DNA of 53,671 nucleotides from positions 1 through 53,671 of IMG/VR virus record IMGVR_UViG_3300045911_000047; one strand, given 5' to 3'. Of this stretch, positions 27,037 to 38,176 are shown in pieces (the stretch's first letter is position 1; every line of letters starts with the position of its first letter). A program made the translations under genes and the position numbers. This stretch comes from a virus. Lineage: Duplodnaviria > Caudoviricetes. The notes beneath the pieces were generated by a model that made no database searches, was not told the origin of the DNA, and saw nothing but the letters and a program-made list of their open reading frames with translations.

Positions 27037-29089
27037 AATAAGCGTATAAGAATTTAGCTACTTGATCAGGATATTCTTTTATTTCATCTGCCTTTTTCTT
27101 AGACAATCGGCCTTTTTTAACTTCTTGGTCTAGGAAATTCTTTACTGCTGTAACATCTGTTCCTACTTTTCGCACTGCTTTTCTAATTAACCCCGGGCCT
27201 CCATTGTATGCCATAAGCATTAAAGGCAGATTCCCTTCAAACTCTGCTAATAATAAAGCAAGATACGCCGTACCTGCTGCAACATTTTCTATAGGGTCAG
27301 TAACATCAAAAGGTTTTTCACGTCCTACAAACTTAGCAGCATCTATAGCAGCAGCTTTTGTAACTTGCATTAATCCTTTAACTTCTGTAGGGCTTACAGC
27401 TTTACGGTTTCCAGCAGATTCTTGAGCAATCACAGATTTTACAACAGGGTGTAATGGTTGAGTTAATGGGTCTCGGTCTATTCGTTCAAATATTTTATTT
27501 ATACTTTTTATGTCTTTATCAATCATTTTCTTAATATTAGAAGGAATTAACCCAACTCTAGATCGTGTTTCAACATCTTGAACAGTTGTTAGCATATTTC
27601 TAAAAGGAGATGAGGAAAGATCAATATCTCCTACATCTGCTTCTCCTCTAAATACTGCTATTTCCGTAGGAATAAGAGGTTCTAAATCATTTACAGATAT
27701 TGGGAATTTTGCTGTAATTTCTTTAAATAAAGATGGTGTAGGCGTAGGCACAGGTATAGACATAGATGTAGGAGTAGATGCAGGTGCAGGTGCAGGTGCA
27801 GGTGCAGGTGCAGGTGCAGGTGTAGGTGTAGGTGTAGGTGTAGGTGCAGACGTATCCTCCTCTAACAGATTATTCAATCTTAAGAATCTCTCTCTTGCTG
27901 CTGGATCTTTAATTTGTTCTGCTCTTTTACGCAACCTATTCTCACGTTCCTCTGCTGTAATATTTTCTTTAGTATCTTGACTCGATCTTTCTGGTAAAGA
28001 TTGTCTTTCTGGTGAAGACCGTTTCTCATTGGATTCTCTATCTCCTTTAGCAGTCGCTAAATTATCGGCTAAATCCACCTCATAAGCACTTTTAGCAGCT
28101 GTAAAAGCATTTACATCCTCTCTAGATAGATTAGAAGAATACACTCTACCAGTAGTACGATTTATAAGAGAATATTGCTTATCAGAAAGATTTATTCCTG
28201 CTCCTGTACCAGGAACAGCTTTTTTAATTTTTGTTGTTTTTTGTTTCCCCGTTGTAGGATCTATAACGGCAGTTGGAACATCTTCTTCTTCTATATCTAT
28301 CTCGGAATTAGGAACTGCTATTACAGAATCCAAAAAAGAAGCTTTTCCAAAACTTTTAGGAATTTTTCTTGTTTTATTTTCTTCAATTATTTCATTACGA
28401 AAAGCATCATAAGCAATATTAATATTAAAGTTTGAAGTAAAAGCCTTATTCAACATTTTCTGTCTTTCTGTGGCTTCTTTAGTTTCAGCTCTAATAATAG
28501 ATTCTCTTATCTTATCGTCTAAATCTTTATAGATAATCCTATCAGCGATCTCTCTCTGATCTGCATTATACATTGAATAAAAACTTAATAATCCTTTTTC
28601 CTGTAACCCTTTCTTTTCTTGAAAAATAGGTGCAAATCTTGGGTCTAAGAAAGCCTGTGCTTTTTCTTCATCGCTTCCTTGAGCTAAGATTTGATTAAAT
28701 TGGTTCTGTAATAGAGCTTTATCTCTTAGATTCTTAGCTTCATACAAAGCTGCTTCTTTGGTTTCTTCTTCTGTAATTTGAGCGGCTTCGGCTTTTAGTT
28801 GGTCTAAGATGTTTTTATACTGAAGTTGTTTAAGCTGTTCAGCCTCCATCTCAGGAGCAAGTTCAGCAATAACTTTATTCCTATCAGCAATAGCTTGCCT
28901 ATTCTCGTTATCAATAGCGTTTGCTTGAATTTTTTGACCCCTTTCTATTCCAGAAAAAAATCCTTCAACCGCAGAAGCAAAAGGGCTTGGAATAGCGTTA
29001 CCGATGTTTGCTCCTTGAGTAGCAGCTTGTCCGAATAATGATATATTTATATTTGGGCCTGTCGGTTGTGAGAAAATATTATAAGCCAT
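27029..29089 (-). CDS. internal virion protein with C-terminal soluble lytic transglycosylase domain
   Basis: IAQESAG, GLMQV, ENV.AG..YL, AYNGGPG; Pro-Thr/Pro-Ala linker; likely start is MAYNIF at 29089. Confidence 0.85.
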   Translation of the reverse strand: MAYNIFSQPTGPNINISLFGQAATQGANIGNAIPSPFASAVEGFFSGIERGQKIQANAIDNENRQAIADRNKVIAELAPEMEAEQLKQLQYKNILDQLKAEAAQITEEETKEAALYEAKNLRDKALLQNQFNQILAQGSDEEKAQAFLDPRFAPIFQEKKGLQEKGLLSFYSMYNADQREIADRIIYKDLDDKIRESIIRAETKEATERQKMLNKAFTSNFNINIAYDAFRNEIIEENKTRKIPKSFGKASFLDSVIAVPNSEIDIEEEDVPTAVIDPTTGKQKTTKIKKAVPGTGAGINLSDKQYSLINRTTGRVYSSNLSREDVNAFTAAKSAYEVDLADNLATAKGDRESNEKRSSPERQSLPERSSQDTKENITAEERENRLRKRAEQIKDPAARERFLRLNNLLEEDTSAPTPTPTPTPAPAPAPAPAPAPASTPTSMSIPVPTPTPSLFKEITAKFPISVNDLEPLIPTEIAVFRGEADVGDIDLSSSPFRNMLTTVQDVETRSRVGLIPSNIKKMIDKDIKSINKIFERIDRDPLTQPLHPVVKSVIAQESAGNRKAVSPTEVKGLMQVTKAAAIDAAKFVGREKPFDVTDPIENVAAGTAYLALLLAEFEGNLPLMLMAYNGGPGLIRKAVRKVGTDVTAVKNFLDQEVKKGRLSKKKADEIKEYPDQVAKFLYAYYA
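27779..27849. repeat. coding hexamer tandem repeat (GCAGGT/GTAGGT) encoding a PT/PA linker
   Basis: Seen directly. Confidence 0.9.
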
Positions 29090-29090
29090 A

Positions 29091-32000
29091 TTAGCCCACA
29101 CTCCTAAGCATAAGAGGAGGTAACTTACGTTTACCAGAGATAGAGGTTTCTGCATCCTTCGGTCTCCTTGTGAATCTAGGATCTGGAGCCTCGACAGAAT
29201 TCAAATCAGACTCCTCTCTTGACGTTGAATAAGTTGGAGAACTTTTAACACCCTTACTACGGTATTTAGCCTCTAACTCTTTAATTCTTTTTTTATTATA
29301 AATTATAGGAAGATCGTCTGGTCTGTTTATTGTAATACGATTATCTAATTCCTTTATCTCTATAGGATCTTCATCTGGATACATTTCGTAGTATTTTTCA
29401 GGATATTTTTCTCTTAAGTACATTAAGCGATACGCATCATTTTTATCTTGAATAACTGCTTTATTGTCTTTAGTTATTATAATGCCGTATTTTTTACTCT
29501 CTTCAAAATTAATATTAGCATTACGCCCTTTCATCAAGTTTAAAGCATAATCATAATTTTTATTTCCATAAAGCATCTCTGCCGTTTGATGCATACTAAT
29601 CATCTGAGTTTGATTTATTCTACCTTCTTTAAACATTAAATTAGCTAACTGATAAAGATCTTCTCGACTTTTAATTCCTGCCTTAGCATAAATAGCTCTA
29701 GCATTAGTAATAAGCTTATCAAAATTTTCTTTAGTTAATTCTTTTCCTGTTCCAATATTAGCTAATAATGCATTACCCATTTGACTTCCAACTTGATTTA
29801 CATTAGTAGCCACTGCTCCAGAGAGAACTCTTGATAATGTAATTCCAAACATAGAAGACATGAAATCTAAATCGTTGGTATAATCAGTATCATAAGGATT
29901 TAATTTCCTATCATCTTTGCCTATAAACTTAGATCTATCTTTAACTTCTCGTTGCTCTGATTTTCCATCTTTCCCTATCGTTGCTATAGTTCCATCTGGA
30001 AGTTCAAATTCTCCTCTATCATTAGTAACTCCAAGCTCTTTAAACACATTTCTAACAAGGTCTCTTTTTAACTGTTCTTTACTTTTCCCAGTGTGCACAG
30101 CCCCTCCAGCAATAGCAGTAACAGCTATAGCTGCTGCTACATATGGGTTCCACATTCCAATAGCAGTCATCCCTGCTGATACACCAGCAGCACCTATAGC
30201 TCCTTGTATACCCCCTTGAACTCCCCCAGTACCCCAAGAATTATATATAGTATATAATCCAGAGGCTATTGATAAAGCTCCTCCAGCTACTTGAAGGCCA
30301 CTAGTAGCGCCAGCTCCCCCAGCTCCCCCAGCTGCGCCAGCTCCCCCAGCTCCCCCAGCTCCCCCAGCTGCGCCAGCTCCCCCAGCTATCCTAGAAGCGG
30401 ACTCAATAGTTGGGGCAGTTAGTCCACTTACAGCAGATGAACTGCTTCCAGAAAGTAATCCCAAATTATCAGCCAATCTAACAATAGACTGTATTGTTTG
30501 ACCTGTTCCAAGAATTTTTCCTATTGCATTTAATTGATCCCAATTTTTTATAAGATTATGAGCATTGTATCCGTTAGAAATTAGATCCATTGCTTGTCCA
30601 AGGTTCATCCCAGTGAACATTCCGTTAGGTGACATAATCTGTTTACTAAACAGATTAGTTCCATCTGCAAAGTGGTATAGCTTCATTGCATTATTAGCTA
30701 AAGCCAAACCTTTTTGCATGGTACTCATATTTCCCCAGTTTAAGAACATATTAGCTAGTCCTAATATTCCTGAGATACCTGCTGAGTTCTGACCTAGTTT
30801 CTCTAGCTGTACTTTCTCTGCATCCGTTAGATCGCCTTTTGCAATTCTTGCAGGGTCGATTCCAGATAGCCACTCAATAACTGGTTTATTAAATTTATTC
30901 TTTAAAAGGTTTAGGAACCCAAGATAGTTATTATTAGAAGCAGCACTAGTTAAGCTGTTAATAAAAGATATATCCCCTACAGTATCTTTTATCCCCTCCC
31001 AAGAGGTTAAATCCTCTGTGTTAAAAGGTATTAACTGAGCTATTTGTTCTCCCCAGAAATCTAAGGCAGACTTTCCTGCAAAAGTGCTGTTTCCTTTTGC
31101 GAACTCTTCGTAACTGTATGTAGGCTCTCCAACAGCATTGTATCCTGAAAACTTAAACCCAAGTCTTTCTTCATTGCTGATACCAGCAACTTTTAAAGCC
31201 TGTTTACCATAATTTTGCAAAGAGAATTTTTGAATGTCTTTAGTATTTCCAAAAGTCTTAATAAAACTTTTTGATAAATTTCCGCTAGATTTTATTAGAG
31301 TGTTAGATGTGGGAGAATACTTTGTACTAGATACCTGACTTTCCAGATTTAATTTTGGCCCTAAGGTATACTTTCCACTATCAGAATTAAGTCCAAACTT
31401 ATAATCAGATCTTGAGTTGTATTGCTCTGGATCAAAATAATCAAAATCTGGAGTACCAAATCCAGATTGTTGATCTCCGCTAAACCATCCTATAATAGCG
31501 TCTCCAAAATTATTCCAAAAAGCACCTGCAATTTGACCAATAGTAGCCCAATCTTTACTTCTTCTAGCTTTTTTCTCGTACTCACGAGCTATCTCTTCAT
31601 AACGACGTTGCTGCTCAATGGCTAGTATTGTGTTAATATCTGTCTGCAACGCTCCCGCATAAGCCCCTGCCAAATTAGCCATATAGCTAAATTTTCCAAG
31701 AGCAAAGTTATTTATATTATTAGCATTGAATTCGTTAGTTCTTTGAATAAGATTAGCAAGAAATTGTCTTTCATTTGTATTTAACTGTGATGCTGCTATG
31801 GTAGAGATCATAGTCTGTGCATCAAGTCTTTGCTGCTGAGAACCCATTAACTGGCTTGCAGATTGACTGGGCATTACTCTAATTTGTGATCCTGCTGTAG
31901 AGTAAGCAGTTGGAGCCAATTCAAATTGAGACCTAGTAGTAATGTTTGACTGTAGCAACTTATCTCCGTACTCGGAAAGTTGTAGCCTTCTGTCTGCTGA

Positions 32001-32852
32001 CATCAGATCCGAAACTTTCCTAGCAACGCTAGAAGATGCTCCAAAACCGCCTTGAACAGCTTGGTCAGCAGCAGCACTCCGCCCTGTTAATTCAAACGCA
32101 CGGTCTTCTATTTCATCTGGAAGTCTACCTTTAGCTAAGGTTTGTGCTCTTTGTGTCTGTTCTGCAAGAGCTTCTCGTGTGCCTGGCATCGCTGCATCAA
32201 TCTGAGAAGTACGCTGCAATTGATTAAATATGTTATCAATAGCAGTTTCCCTTCTAGCTAAAGCAGCAGCGGCTGGAACAAAACTTTGCATCCCAGCAAG
32301 CTCAGTGTCTAACGTATCTAAAGCTAAACGTTGCGACATTTTGTAATTCTTAAGAAGTTCCTGCCTATTAAAATTTCCAAAAGCTTGTGCAAACTTTGGA
32401 ATGTCCATGGGGTCATATGGGGCTGGTTTTATGAGAAATGGGTTTGGATACAATGATGTTAGATTTGCCGGCACTGCTCCATACCCAATCTGACCCGGTG
32501 CTAATGGCCCTAGATTCTTAAGATCCTTATTAGGAGCCTCAAATACGGCAGATAAGCCCCCATCTTCAGTCCTATACTCTGTAGTAGGGTTTAATACTAT
32601 TGATTTCCTAGAGCCACCAAACTCTATATCAATAGGCTGACCATAATCAGCCTCAGTAAAATCTGGAAATGCCCACTGCATGGTGGGCTTTCCCTGATCT
32701 ACTCCCTTAGAGACCCCACCGACTTTCTCTGCAGGCACAGCAGTAATGACTCGACCATTTGGAAGATAAATTTTTGGTGGAGGAGAATTGACATCCGTCG
32801 TCAGGAACACTAAACCTTTTCTTCTGGTTGGACGAATTACAATCTTGGCCAT
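29091..32852 (-). CDS. internal virion / DNA ejection protein
   Basis: 1253 aa; helical Gln/Ala-rich region, Gly-Ala hydrophobic segments; positioned before the SLT gene. Confidence 0.6.
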   Translation of the reverse strand: MAKIVIRPTRRKGLVFLTTDVNSPPPKIYLPNGRVITAVPAEKVGGVSKGVDQGKPTMQWAFPDFTEADYGQPIDIEFGGSRKSIVLNPTTEYRTEDGGLSAVFEAPNKDLKNLGPLAPGQIGYGAVPANLTSLYPNPFLIKPAPYDPMDIPKFAQAFGNFNRQELLKNYKMSQRLALDTLDTELAGMQSFVPAAAALARRETAIDNIFNQLQRTSQIDAAMPGTREALAEQTQRAQTLAKGRLPDEIEDRAFELTGRSAAADQAVQGGFGASSSVARKVSDLMSADRRLQLSEYGDKLLQSNITTRSQFELAPTAYSTAGSQIRVMPSQSASQLMGSQQQRLDAQTMISTIAASQLNTNERQFLANLIQRTNEFNANNINNFALGKFSYMANLAGAYAGALQTDINTILAIEQQRRYEEIAREYEKKARRSKDWATIGQIAGAFWNNFGDAIIGWFSGDQQSGFGTPDFDYFDPEQYNSRSDYKFGLNSDSGKYTLGPKLNLESQVSSTKYSPTSNTLIKSSGNLSKSFIKTFGNTKDIQKFSLQNYGKQALKVAGISNEERLGFKFSGYNAVGEPTYSYEEFAKGNSTFAGKSALDFWGEQIAQLIPFNTEDLTSWEGIKDTVGDISFINSLTSAASNNNYLGFLNLLKNKFNKPVIEWLSGIDPARIAKGDLTDAEKVQLEKLGQNSAGISGILGLANMFLNWGNMSTMQKGLALANNAMKLYHFADGTNLFSKQIMSPNGMFTGMNLGQAMDLISNGYNAHNLIKNWDQLNAIGKILGTGQTIQSIVRLADNLGLLSGSSSSAVSGLTAPTIESASRIAGGAGAAGGAGGAGGAGAAGGAGGAGATSGLQVAGGALSIASGLYTIYNSWGTGGVQGGIQGAIGAAGVSAGMTAIGMWNPYVAAAIAVTAIAGGAVHTGKSKEQLKRDLVRNVFKELGVTNDRGEFELPDGTIATIGKDGKSEQREVKDRSKFIGKDDRKLNPYDTDYTNDLDFMSSMFGITLSRVLSGAVATNVNQVGSQMGNALLANIGTGKELTKENFDKLITNARAIYAKAGIKSREDLYQLANLMFKEGRINQTQMISMHQTAEMLYGNKNYDYALNLMKGRNANINFEESKKYGIIITKDNKAVIQDKNDAYRLMYLREKYPEKYYEMYPDEDPIEIKELDNRITINRPDDLPIIYNKKRIKELEAKYRSKGVKSSPTYSTSREESDLNSVEAPDPRFTRRPKDAETSISGKRKLPPLMLRSVG
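30307..30387. repeat. coding repeat (CCAGCTCCC units) encoding Gly-Ala low complexity
   Basis: Seen directly. Confidence 0.9.
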
Positions 32853-32855
32853 AAC

Positions 32856-33809
32856 TTAAAATATAATGTTCTTAATTGAACCTCCTGCTAATGGTACAAA
32901 CATCTCTACAGGTTTACCATTATTTACATTCTTAGTCTCATTTTCCCTAATTATTATATCTCTTAATTGAGTATCCTTCGCTATAGCAGTCTCAGGATTA
33001 TTATTATAATTAGAGTATATAGCCTGTGCTGCTAGGGACAAAGCATAAAGATTATCAAAAGGGATAAGATCATTGTCTGAATAATATTCTTTAAGGCGTA
33101 TTCTTCCTAAGACCTCTACCCTAGCATTAGGAGCACAAGCTATCTTGATCTTATAACGCCTATACTTAGGATATTGCTCAAATGGAGAATAATCAGAGAG
33201 GAATCCTTTCTCTAGCCCTTTTATCCAATATAATTGCACATAACCGTTGGTCTTAGTTTTCACTACCTCAGTTATCTTAGAGAAAGCAACATGAGAGACT
33301 CGAATCTGACCTTTCCGAATGGATAGATATTCTCCTACAAGCTGTTCCCCCTTATGATCCGTTATTACCTCTCGACCAGTAGCATCTAGTCCTTTGATTA
33401 TTACATGAGCATTGGGGTCTTCCTCGCAGATCGATTGAACCCCAACATTAGCTACTCCCGGAATATCATAAGCTGTAGGGACATAATTAGGCTCCTCTAA
33501 TACCGCATTGGCTGGGATACAATCTGATAGATCCGAGTACCCATACCACTCAAACCAACGATCCCAAGAAGAAGCTATAGCACCATCAATCTTTACCTTC
33601 AGTATGCTTTCTAACTCATAAGGTACAGTAAAGGAACCATTAACCGCATTGAATACAAATTTGCGTAGATTACCATATTGCCCACTTATGAGCATGTAAT
33701 CTAGTACTTCACGTAGGAATAAGGCTACCTCAGCATTAGAGGCACATTTACCGCCCCTACCTGCCCATTGAGCGACTCGTTTCTTGGCATCACCAAAAGT
33801 TATAGCCAT
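32856..33809 (-). CDS. putative head-tail adaptor / tail tubular protein A
   Basis: Size, helical termini around a beta core, and position in the podovirus-like module; inference only. Confidence 0.45.
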   Translation of the reverse strand: MAITFGDAKKRVAQWAGRGGKCASNAEVALFLREVLDYMLISGQYGNLRKFVFNAVNGSFTVPYELESILKVKIDGAIASSWDRWFEWYGYSDLSDCIPANAVLEEPNYVPTAYDIPGVANVGVQSICEEDPNAHVIIKGLDATGREVITDHKGEQLVGEYLSIRKGQIRVSHVAFSKITEVVKTKTNGYVQLYWIKGLEKGFLSDYSPFEQYPKYRRYKIKIACAPNARVEVLGRIRLKEYYSDNDLIPFDNLYALSLAAQAIYSNYNNNPETAIAKDTQLRDIIIRENETKNVNNGKPVEMFVPLAGGSIKNIIF

Positions 33810-33815
33810 TGGTGA

Positions 33816-33968
33816 TTACCCTTTCTTTCTTATTACACCACGTACTACTACCTGAGTGTTCTTAGATTGAGCCTGATTAGTGGCACTATTGCTAGTGCCA
33901 TTATTACTTGGCTGCTGAGGCTGAGGCTGTTGTTGCATTAGTGCTCCCAATTTCTTACAAGAGCACAT
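33816..33968 (-). CDS. small hypothetical protein (MCSCKK...)
   Basis: Likely start at 33968, just after the upstream stop. Confidence 0.5.
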   Translation of the reverse strand: MCSCKKLGALMQQQPQPQQPSNNGTSNSATNQAQSKNTQVVVRGVIRKKG

Positions 33969-33972
33969 ATAG

Positions 33973-34212
33973 CTAAGAATTAGCCTGATTAATGCACACA
34001 CCAGCTGCCTTAACAAACTCTAATTGTTTATAAGGCGCTGAAGTAGTCAAAGATTGATTCTGCGGTACTAATGCATTAGGGAAAGACAATCTCTTTCCAT
34101 CAGCATACCAATAACCATAGAAAGGTAGCATGAATCCTGCATTAGCTCCAGCATAACCATCCCTAGTAGCTAACTTTGGGAGTTCGCATAAAGGTAACAA
34201 ATTAAGTGCCAT
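33973..34212 (-). CDS. hypothetical protein
   Basis: AAGGAG RBS; tight packing. Confidence 0.65.
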   Translation of the reverse strand: MALNLLPLCELPKLATRDGYAGANAGFMLPFYGYWYADGKRLSFPNALVPQNQSLTTSAPYKQLEFVKAAGVCINQANS

Positions 34213-34214
34213 AA

Positions 34215-34424
34215 TTATCTCCTTGCCCCATTATTAGGCCTACGCTCAGACCATGGATTATCCACAAACCCTTGCACAGGCTCAGTTTTCATAGCTTTCA
34301 TTTTATTAGACCCAATGCCTTCTACAAACTTAAGCTCAGGTACTTTGTTATAAGTATGTCCACTTGAGGTAATTCCTGCTCGAAATTTCTTCAAATGAAC
34401 TTCTTCATCAAATTCTTCAACCAT
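34215..34424 (-). CDS. hypothetical protein
   Basis: AGGAG RBS, with TATAAT upstream. Confidence 0.65.
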   Translation of the reverse strand: MVEEFDEEVHLKKFRAGITSSGHTYNKVPELKFVEGIGSNKMKAMKTEPVQGFVDNPWSERRPNNGARR

Positions 34425-34471
34425 AGACTAAAAATCTCCTATGAAAGAATTATATAAGAATATCTAAGATT

Positions 34472-34936
34472 CTAAAAGCCACTAAAAGTAACTGCAAAAT
34501 AACTATATGGCCCAGCTCCTGCAGGGTAATAGAAACTTTTAATATGGTTAACTTGAGCAATCGTGAAATTCGGATTATTTGAATCCACTAACTGGAACCC
34601 AACAGGGACATTGTTACTATCTCCATACATCCAGATCACCTGATTAGGAGCAGGAATTACCTGAGCCCATGTGGTGCCAGTGAACATGTAAATGCCCGTG
34701 AAGGTTCCAGAGTTTGAGAGTCTAAACCAAACTGAGTTCCTCTCAGTAGATTGCGGTTGTGCATTAGAGACTATTACATTGGTAATTGTATTAGGAATAA
34801 CAGCCTTAAAGTTTTGCTCTATTGCTTTCAATAACTCTGAGGTACTACTGAAGCAAAAATCATCAGCTAGCCCTACACTCCTAAGATTTGCTAAGGTTAC
34901 ATCTACATCTTCGGTTGACATTCTGGTATCCTCCAA
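34472..34936 (-). CDS. hypothetical virion protein
   Basis: ORF in the tail module; GGAGG precedes the internal Met (MSTEDV). Confidence 0.65.
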   Translation of the reverse strand: MEDTRMSTEDVDVTLANLRSVGLADDFCFSSTSELLKAIEQNFKAVIPNTITNVIVSNAQPQSTERNSVWFRLSNSGTFTGIYMFTGTTWAQVIPAPNQVIWMYGDSNNVPVGFQLVDSNNPNFTIAQVNHIKSFYYPAGAGPYSYFAVTFSGF

Positions 34937-36729
34937 TCAGTATCACAATCAGCACAAATGGTTATTGCTGGGTAGCCCCCACAATCGGTCTCTGTAACAT
35001 TCATAGGCAATTCCGAGGCCATTATTAGAAATTCCTCTAGTTCCCAATAAATCCCCTCAATCTCAAATAGTAATTGTACCCTGTTAAACGTATCATAGGT
35101 CTCTAAGGTCACGGGGTTGCAACCCGGATCCTCTGGAGACCCTAGCATAATCTCCCTAAGATCATGAGGGGAGAAATTAAAACAAGTAAGATCCCCTTCA
35201 CAATACCTATAAGGAGCTTCATGCGTAAATTCCCTCCAAAGAATGAAGGTACTTCCATGACTTGGCTTATAACTTATCCTAAGTCGAAAATTTCCTTTAA
35301 TCTTGGAGATCCCAAGTATTATCTGATTTAGCACCTTTGGTTGGAAAGGGGTTTGAAAAGAGTATTCCCTAGTATAAATCTTTGATCTAATCTGTCGCGG
35401 CTTACCTTTGACTATATCATAGCTCAGATCTGATCTAAGCTCCCACAAGGTATTTATGCCAGATTCCTTAGATATAATAAAACATCTATTATCATTCTGA
35501 ACAATATCCATCGGCCTACAGCTAACCCTAATACCTGCCCATGCAGGGAAACTATCTTTACCTAAGGTAGCTATGCTATCTAACTCTAAGACCCCAAAGC
35601 CCCCAAAGGCATAATCAAATGTTTGCTTATAATCTGTAGTCTGAGCCAAAGTTCTAAAGGGGTTTATAGTAAAAAGCACCTTATTCTTGTAATAGGCCAT
35701 TGTAGAGAATCTAAGTAACTCTAAGGGAGGATCCCCTATGTAATTCTGCATCTCCTTTGAGATAGCAGATCTACTCCATTTCCCTAGATCCTCCCTAGAC
35801 ATAGAAAGGGAATAAACAAACCCATCTGCTCCTATAAAGAATAGATCAGCATTTACATTGCAGAATGCTCTAGGGCCTACAATACCTGTACCATACAAGA
35901 ACACACTTCCAAACTGGCTAGCTTCCCACTGATTCCTAGGTAGATTCGTTTGATATGAATAGATAGCATTGATCGTTGATACTAACAAAGGGCCAATGCC
36001 TGTAGATCTATCTACAACCTGCAGGAACGTCATAGCTGTTATAGGATCATTATTGTAATTGGTAGAGAGCTGGAATATCTGTCCAAAATATGGAGCAAGA
36101 AGAACCTCCTCAAAGGTCACAGGCCCATCAGGAAATCCTACAGCAGCAGGATCTCCTGCAGTAAACTCATTACCTGCATTTGCAATAAAAAGTCTATTCT
36201 GGTTATATGTTCCAAGAACTGATCTAGGAACCTCTAACTTATTAGGATCAGCCCTCTTGGCAGTAAGACCCTCTATGATCACTGGATACGCAGGAAAATC
36301 AAAGATAACAATGAAACGACCAGCAGCACTCCAGTTTATCCTAGGATGTAGCTCATTTAGCTTACTTCCATCAGATATCTCTACTACAGTTACTTCTCCT
36401 GTACCTTGATTATAAAAGAATATAACTCCTGAGATAATAATTATTAAGAAAGATTCCGTTCCTACAGAATACGGGATAATCGCCTGATATTTTCCATAAC
36501 GAAAGATACTTTCATAACTTCTAGTATCTCCATTAGGAAACTCAAAGAATCCGTAGATATCTAAAGATTTCTCCTCTAGGCCATAAGGAGGGGATATTGC
36601 ACCATCTTTGGTAGATACATTAACCCCAGCATAGTACGCATTCTCAGGTATCTTATGTGGGACTAAGGCCGCATTCTGGCCACCTGAGAAATCTGCTGAA
36701 CCATCCTGAAGCACACTAATCAACCCCAA
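34903..36729 (-). CDS. putative tail tubular protein B / DNA stabilisation (nozzle) protein
   Basis: 608 aa, beta-propeller-like; F.GG.N N-terminus, NRLF motif, IYTREY.F..P...K tail pattern. Confidence 0.6.
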   Translation of the reverse strand: MGLISVLQDGSADFSGGQNAALVPHKIPENAYYAGVNVSTKDGAISPPYGLEEKSLDIYGFFEFPNGDTRSYESIFRYGKYQAIIPYSVGTESFLIIIISGVIFFYNQGTGEVTVVEISDGSKLNELHPRINWSAAGRFIVIFDFPAYPVIIEGLTAKRADPNKLEVPRSVLGTYNQNRLFIANAGNEFTAGDPAAVGFPDGPVTFEEVLLAPYFGQIFQLSTNYNNDPITAMTFLQVVDRSTGIGPLLVSTINAIYSYQTNLPRNQWEASQFGSVFLYGTGIVGPRAFCNVNADLFFIGADGFVYSLSMSREDLGKWSRSAISKEMQNYIGDPPLELLRFSTMAYYKNKVLFTINPFRTLAQTTDYKQTFDYAFGGFGVLELDSIATLGKDSFPAWAGIRVSCRPMDIVQNDNRCFIISKESGINTLWELRSDLSYDIVKGKPRQIRSKIYTREYSFQTPFQPKVLNQIILGISKIKGNFRLRISYKPSHGSTFILWREFTHEAPYRYCEGDLTCFNFSPHDLREIMLGSPEDPGCNPVTLETYDTFNRVQLLFEIEGIYWELEEFLIMASELPMNVTETDCGGYPAITICADCDTDWRIPECQPKM

Positions 36730-38176
36730 TTACAAAGAATAAACCTCTTACTCCTAGGGTACTACCTCCTCCATACTTCAATCCATAATTTATATCATTT
36801 GCTAGATCAGAGACACTACGAATAGAAGCTCTAATCCTAAAAGATGATACTTGAGTATTGGTAAAGGAATACACTAACCCAAAAGATGGCTCTATATTAT
36901 GAGGTCTAGTAGCTGCACTATCATTTTGATTACGCAGGTACACATATTGCTCTTGTAAATTACTCTGATTATCTGAGGTTGGAAGGATACGGTCTATCTC
37001 AACCCTTGCTCCTATAACCCCAGCTGCAGGGGTGCTAGGCTGAGCAGGTGGAGGCGGGGTTGCAGGCCCAATCCTACAATTAGCTTGTCCAATTAATATA
37101 ATATAAACTATATAATTCCTGCCCAATGGGGGCGTGATTGTTAACACAGAACTCCAAGCAGTATTATAGGTTTGTCCCGGCTCTACAAAAGGAACAGAAG
37201 AGTCTGAGACTATCAATTCATAGGCTTGAGGAACATACTTAGGAATAGTTCTAATGACTCCGCTAGCAGAACAGTAGATAGGAGATCCATTTGTATCAGG
37301 GCCTGAATAGGACAAGGAAGGGTCACCCCATATCCCAGAGACATTCACTGAAGGGGTAAAGGTATTTGGATCAATCCTTAAACCACACCCAGCAGGTTTA
37401 AAAATCCCAGCCTTATTTGAGTGATTCCCTATTAAGAATGATGGAGAATCTGGAACTGTAAGTGGTGCAGATACCCCTTCCTTACATACTATTACTGGCC
37501 CAGAGTCTACAGGATCTACAGCACAAGGATTCCTACTAAGAAGTATTACTCTGTTCTGACATCTACCAAACTGATCTAATCCATATACAGGAGTCCCGGG
37601 AATAGCTCCTTCCCCTTTATTTATAATCGTAACTACATTATTTGGCTTAATTGTTTGAAGTAAATATATAGCTGAACCAATCTGGATATAATTCCCAGCA
37701 ATTAAACCCTCTACAGAAGTCAAGGTAATATCTACAGGAGTGTTCAAAGGAGGAGCAGTAAAGTCTAGCTTTACACATACTCCTGTGTTTAACACATCCT
37801 CACAACATGGAGGATCCGTGACTATGAATGTGGTACATTTTGGAACACTGGTTCCCGGAGCAGCATTGTCCACTAAGCATGGATTAGTAATGGTTATTGT
37901 TTGCTTCTCTGTATCAACAGATACAATCTCAAAATACCCAAAAGAACTATTCCAAAGATAGGAACCGGGAGACGCTCCATAAAGTCCGGGCACAGAGATT
38001 ACTGCAGATCCGCCACAGGTCGGAATATTCCATGCTGAGGTTATCTGAATACCTAATGAATATTGAGGGACATAGGTAACGTTACAATGATCCTCCTTGC
38101 ACATTATCCCACTTAGATAATATGGCTCTGGGGTAGCATGACAAACACACGGATTCTTATTGCAAGAACAGCTCAT
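36716..38176 (-). CDS. putative tail fibre/appendage protein
   Basis: Cys-rich N-terminus; two copies of a domain shared with 38173. Confidence 0.55.
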   Translation of the reverse strand: MSCSCNKNPCVCHATPEPYYLSGIMCKEDHCNVTYVPQYSLGIQITSAWNIPTCGGSAVISVPGLYGASPGSYLWNSSFGYFEIVSVDTEKQTITITNPCLVDNAAPGTSVPKCTTFIVTDPPCCEDVLNTGVCVKLDFTAPPLNTPVDITLTSVEGLIAGNYIQIGSAIYLLQTIKPNNVVTIINKGEGAIPGTPVYGLDQFGRCQNRVILLSRNPCAVDPVDSGPVIVCKEGVSAPLTVPDSPSFLIGNHSNKAGIFKPAGCGLRIDPNTFTPSVNVSGIWGDPSLSYSGPDTNGSPIYCSASGVIRTIPKYVPQAYELIVSDSSVPFVEPGQTYNTAWSSVLTITPPLGRNYIVYIILIGQANCRIGPATPPPPAQPSTPAAGVIGARVEIDRILPTSDNQSNLQEQYVYLRNQNDSAATRPHNIEPSFGLVYSFTNTQVSSFRIRASIRSVSDLANDINYGLKYGGGSTLGVRGLFFVIGVD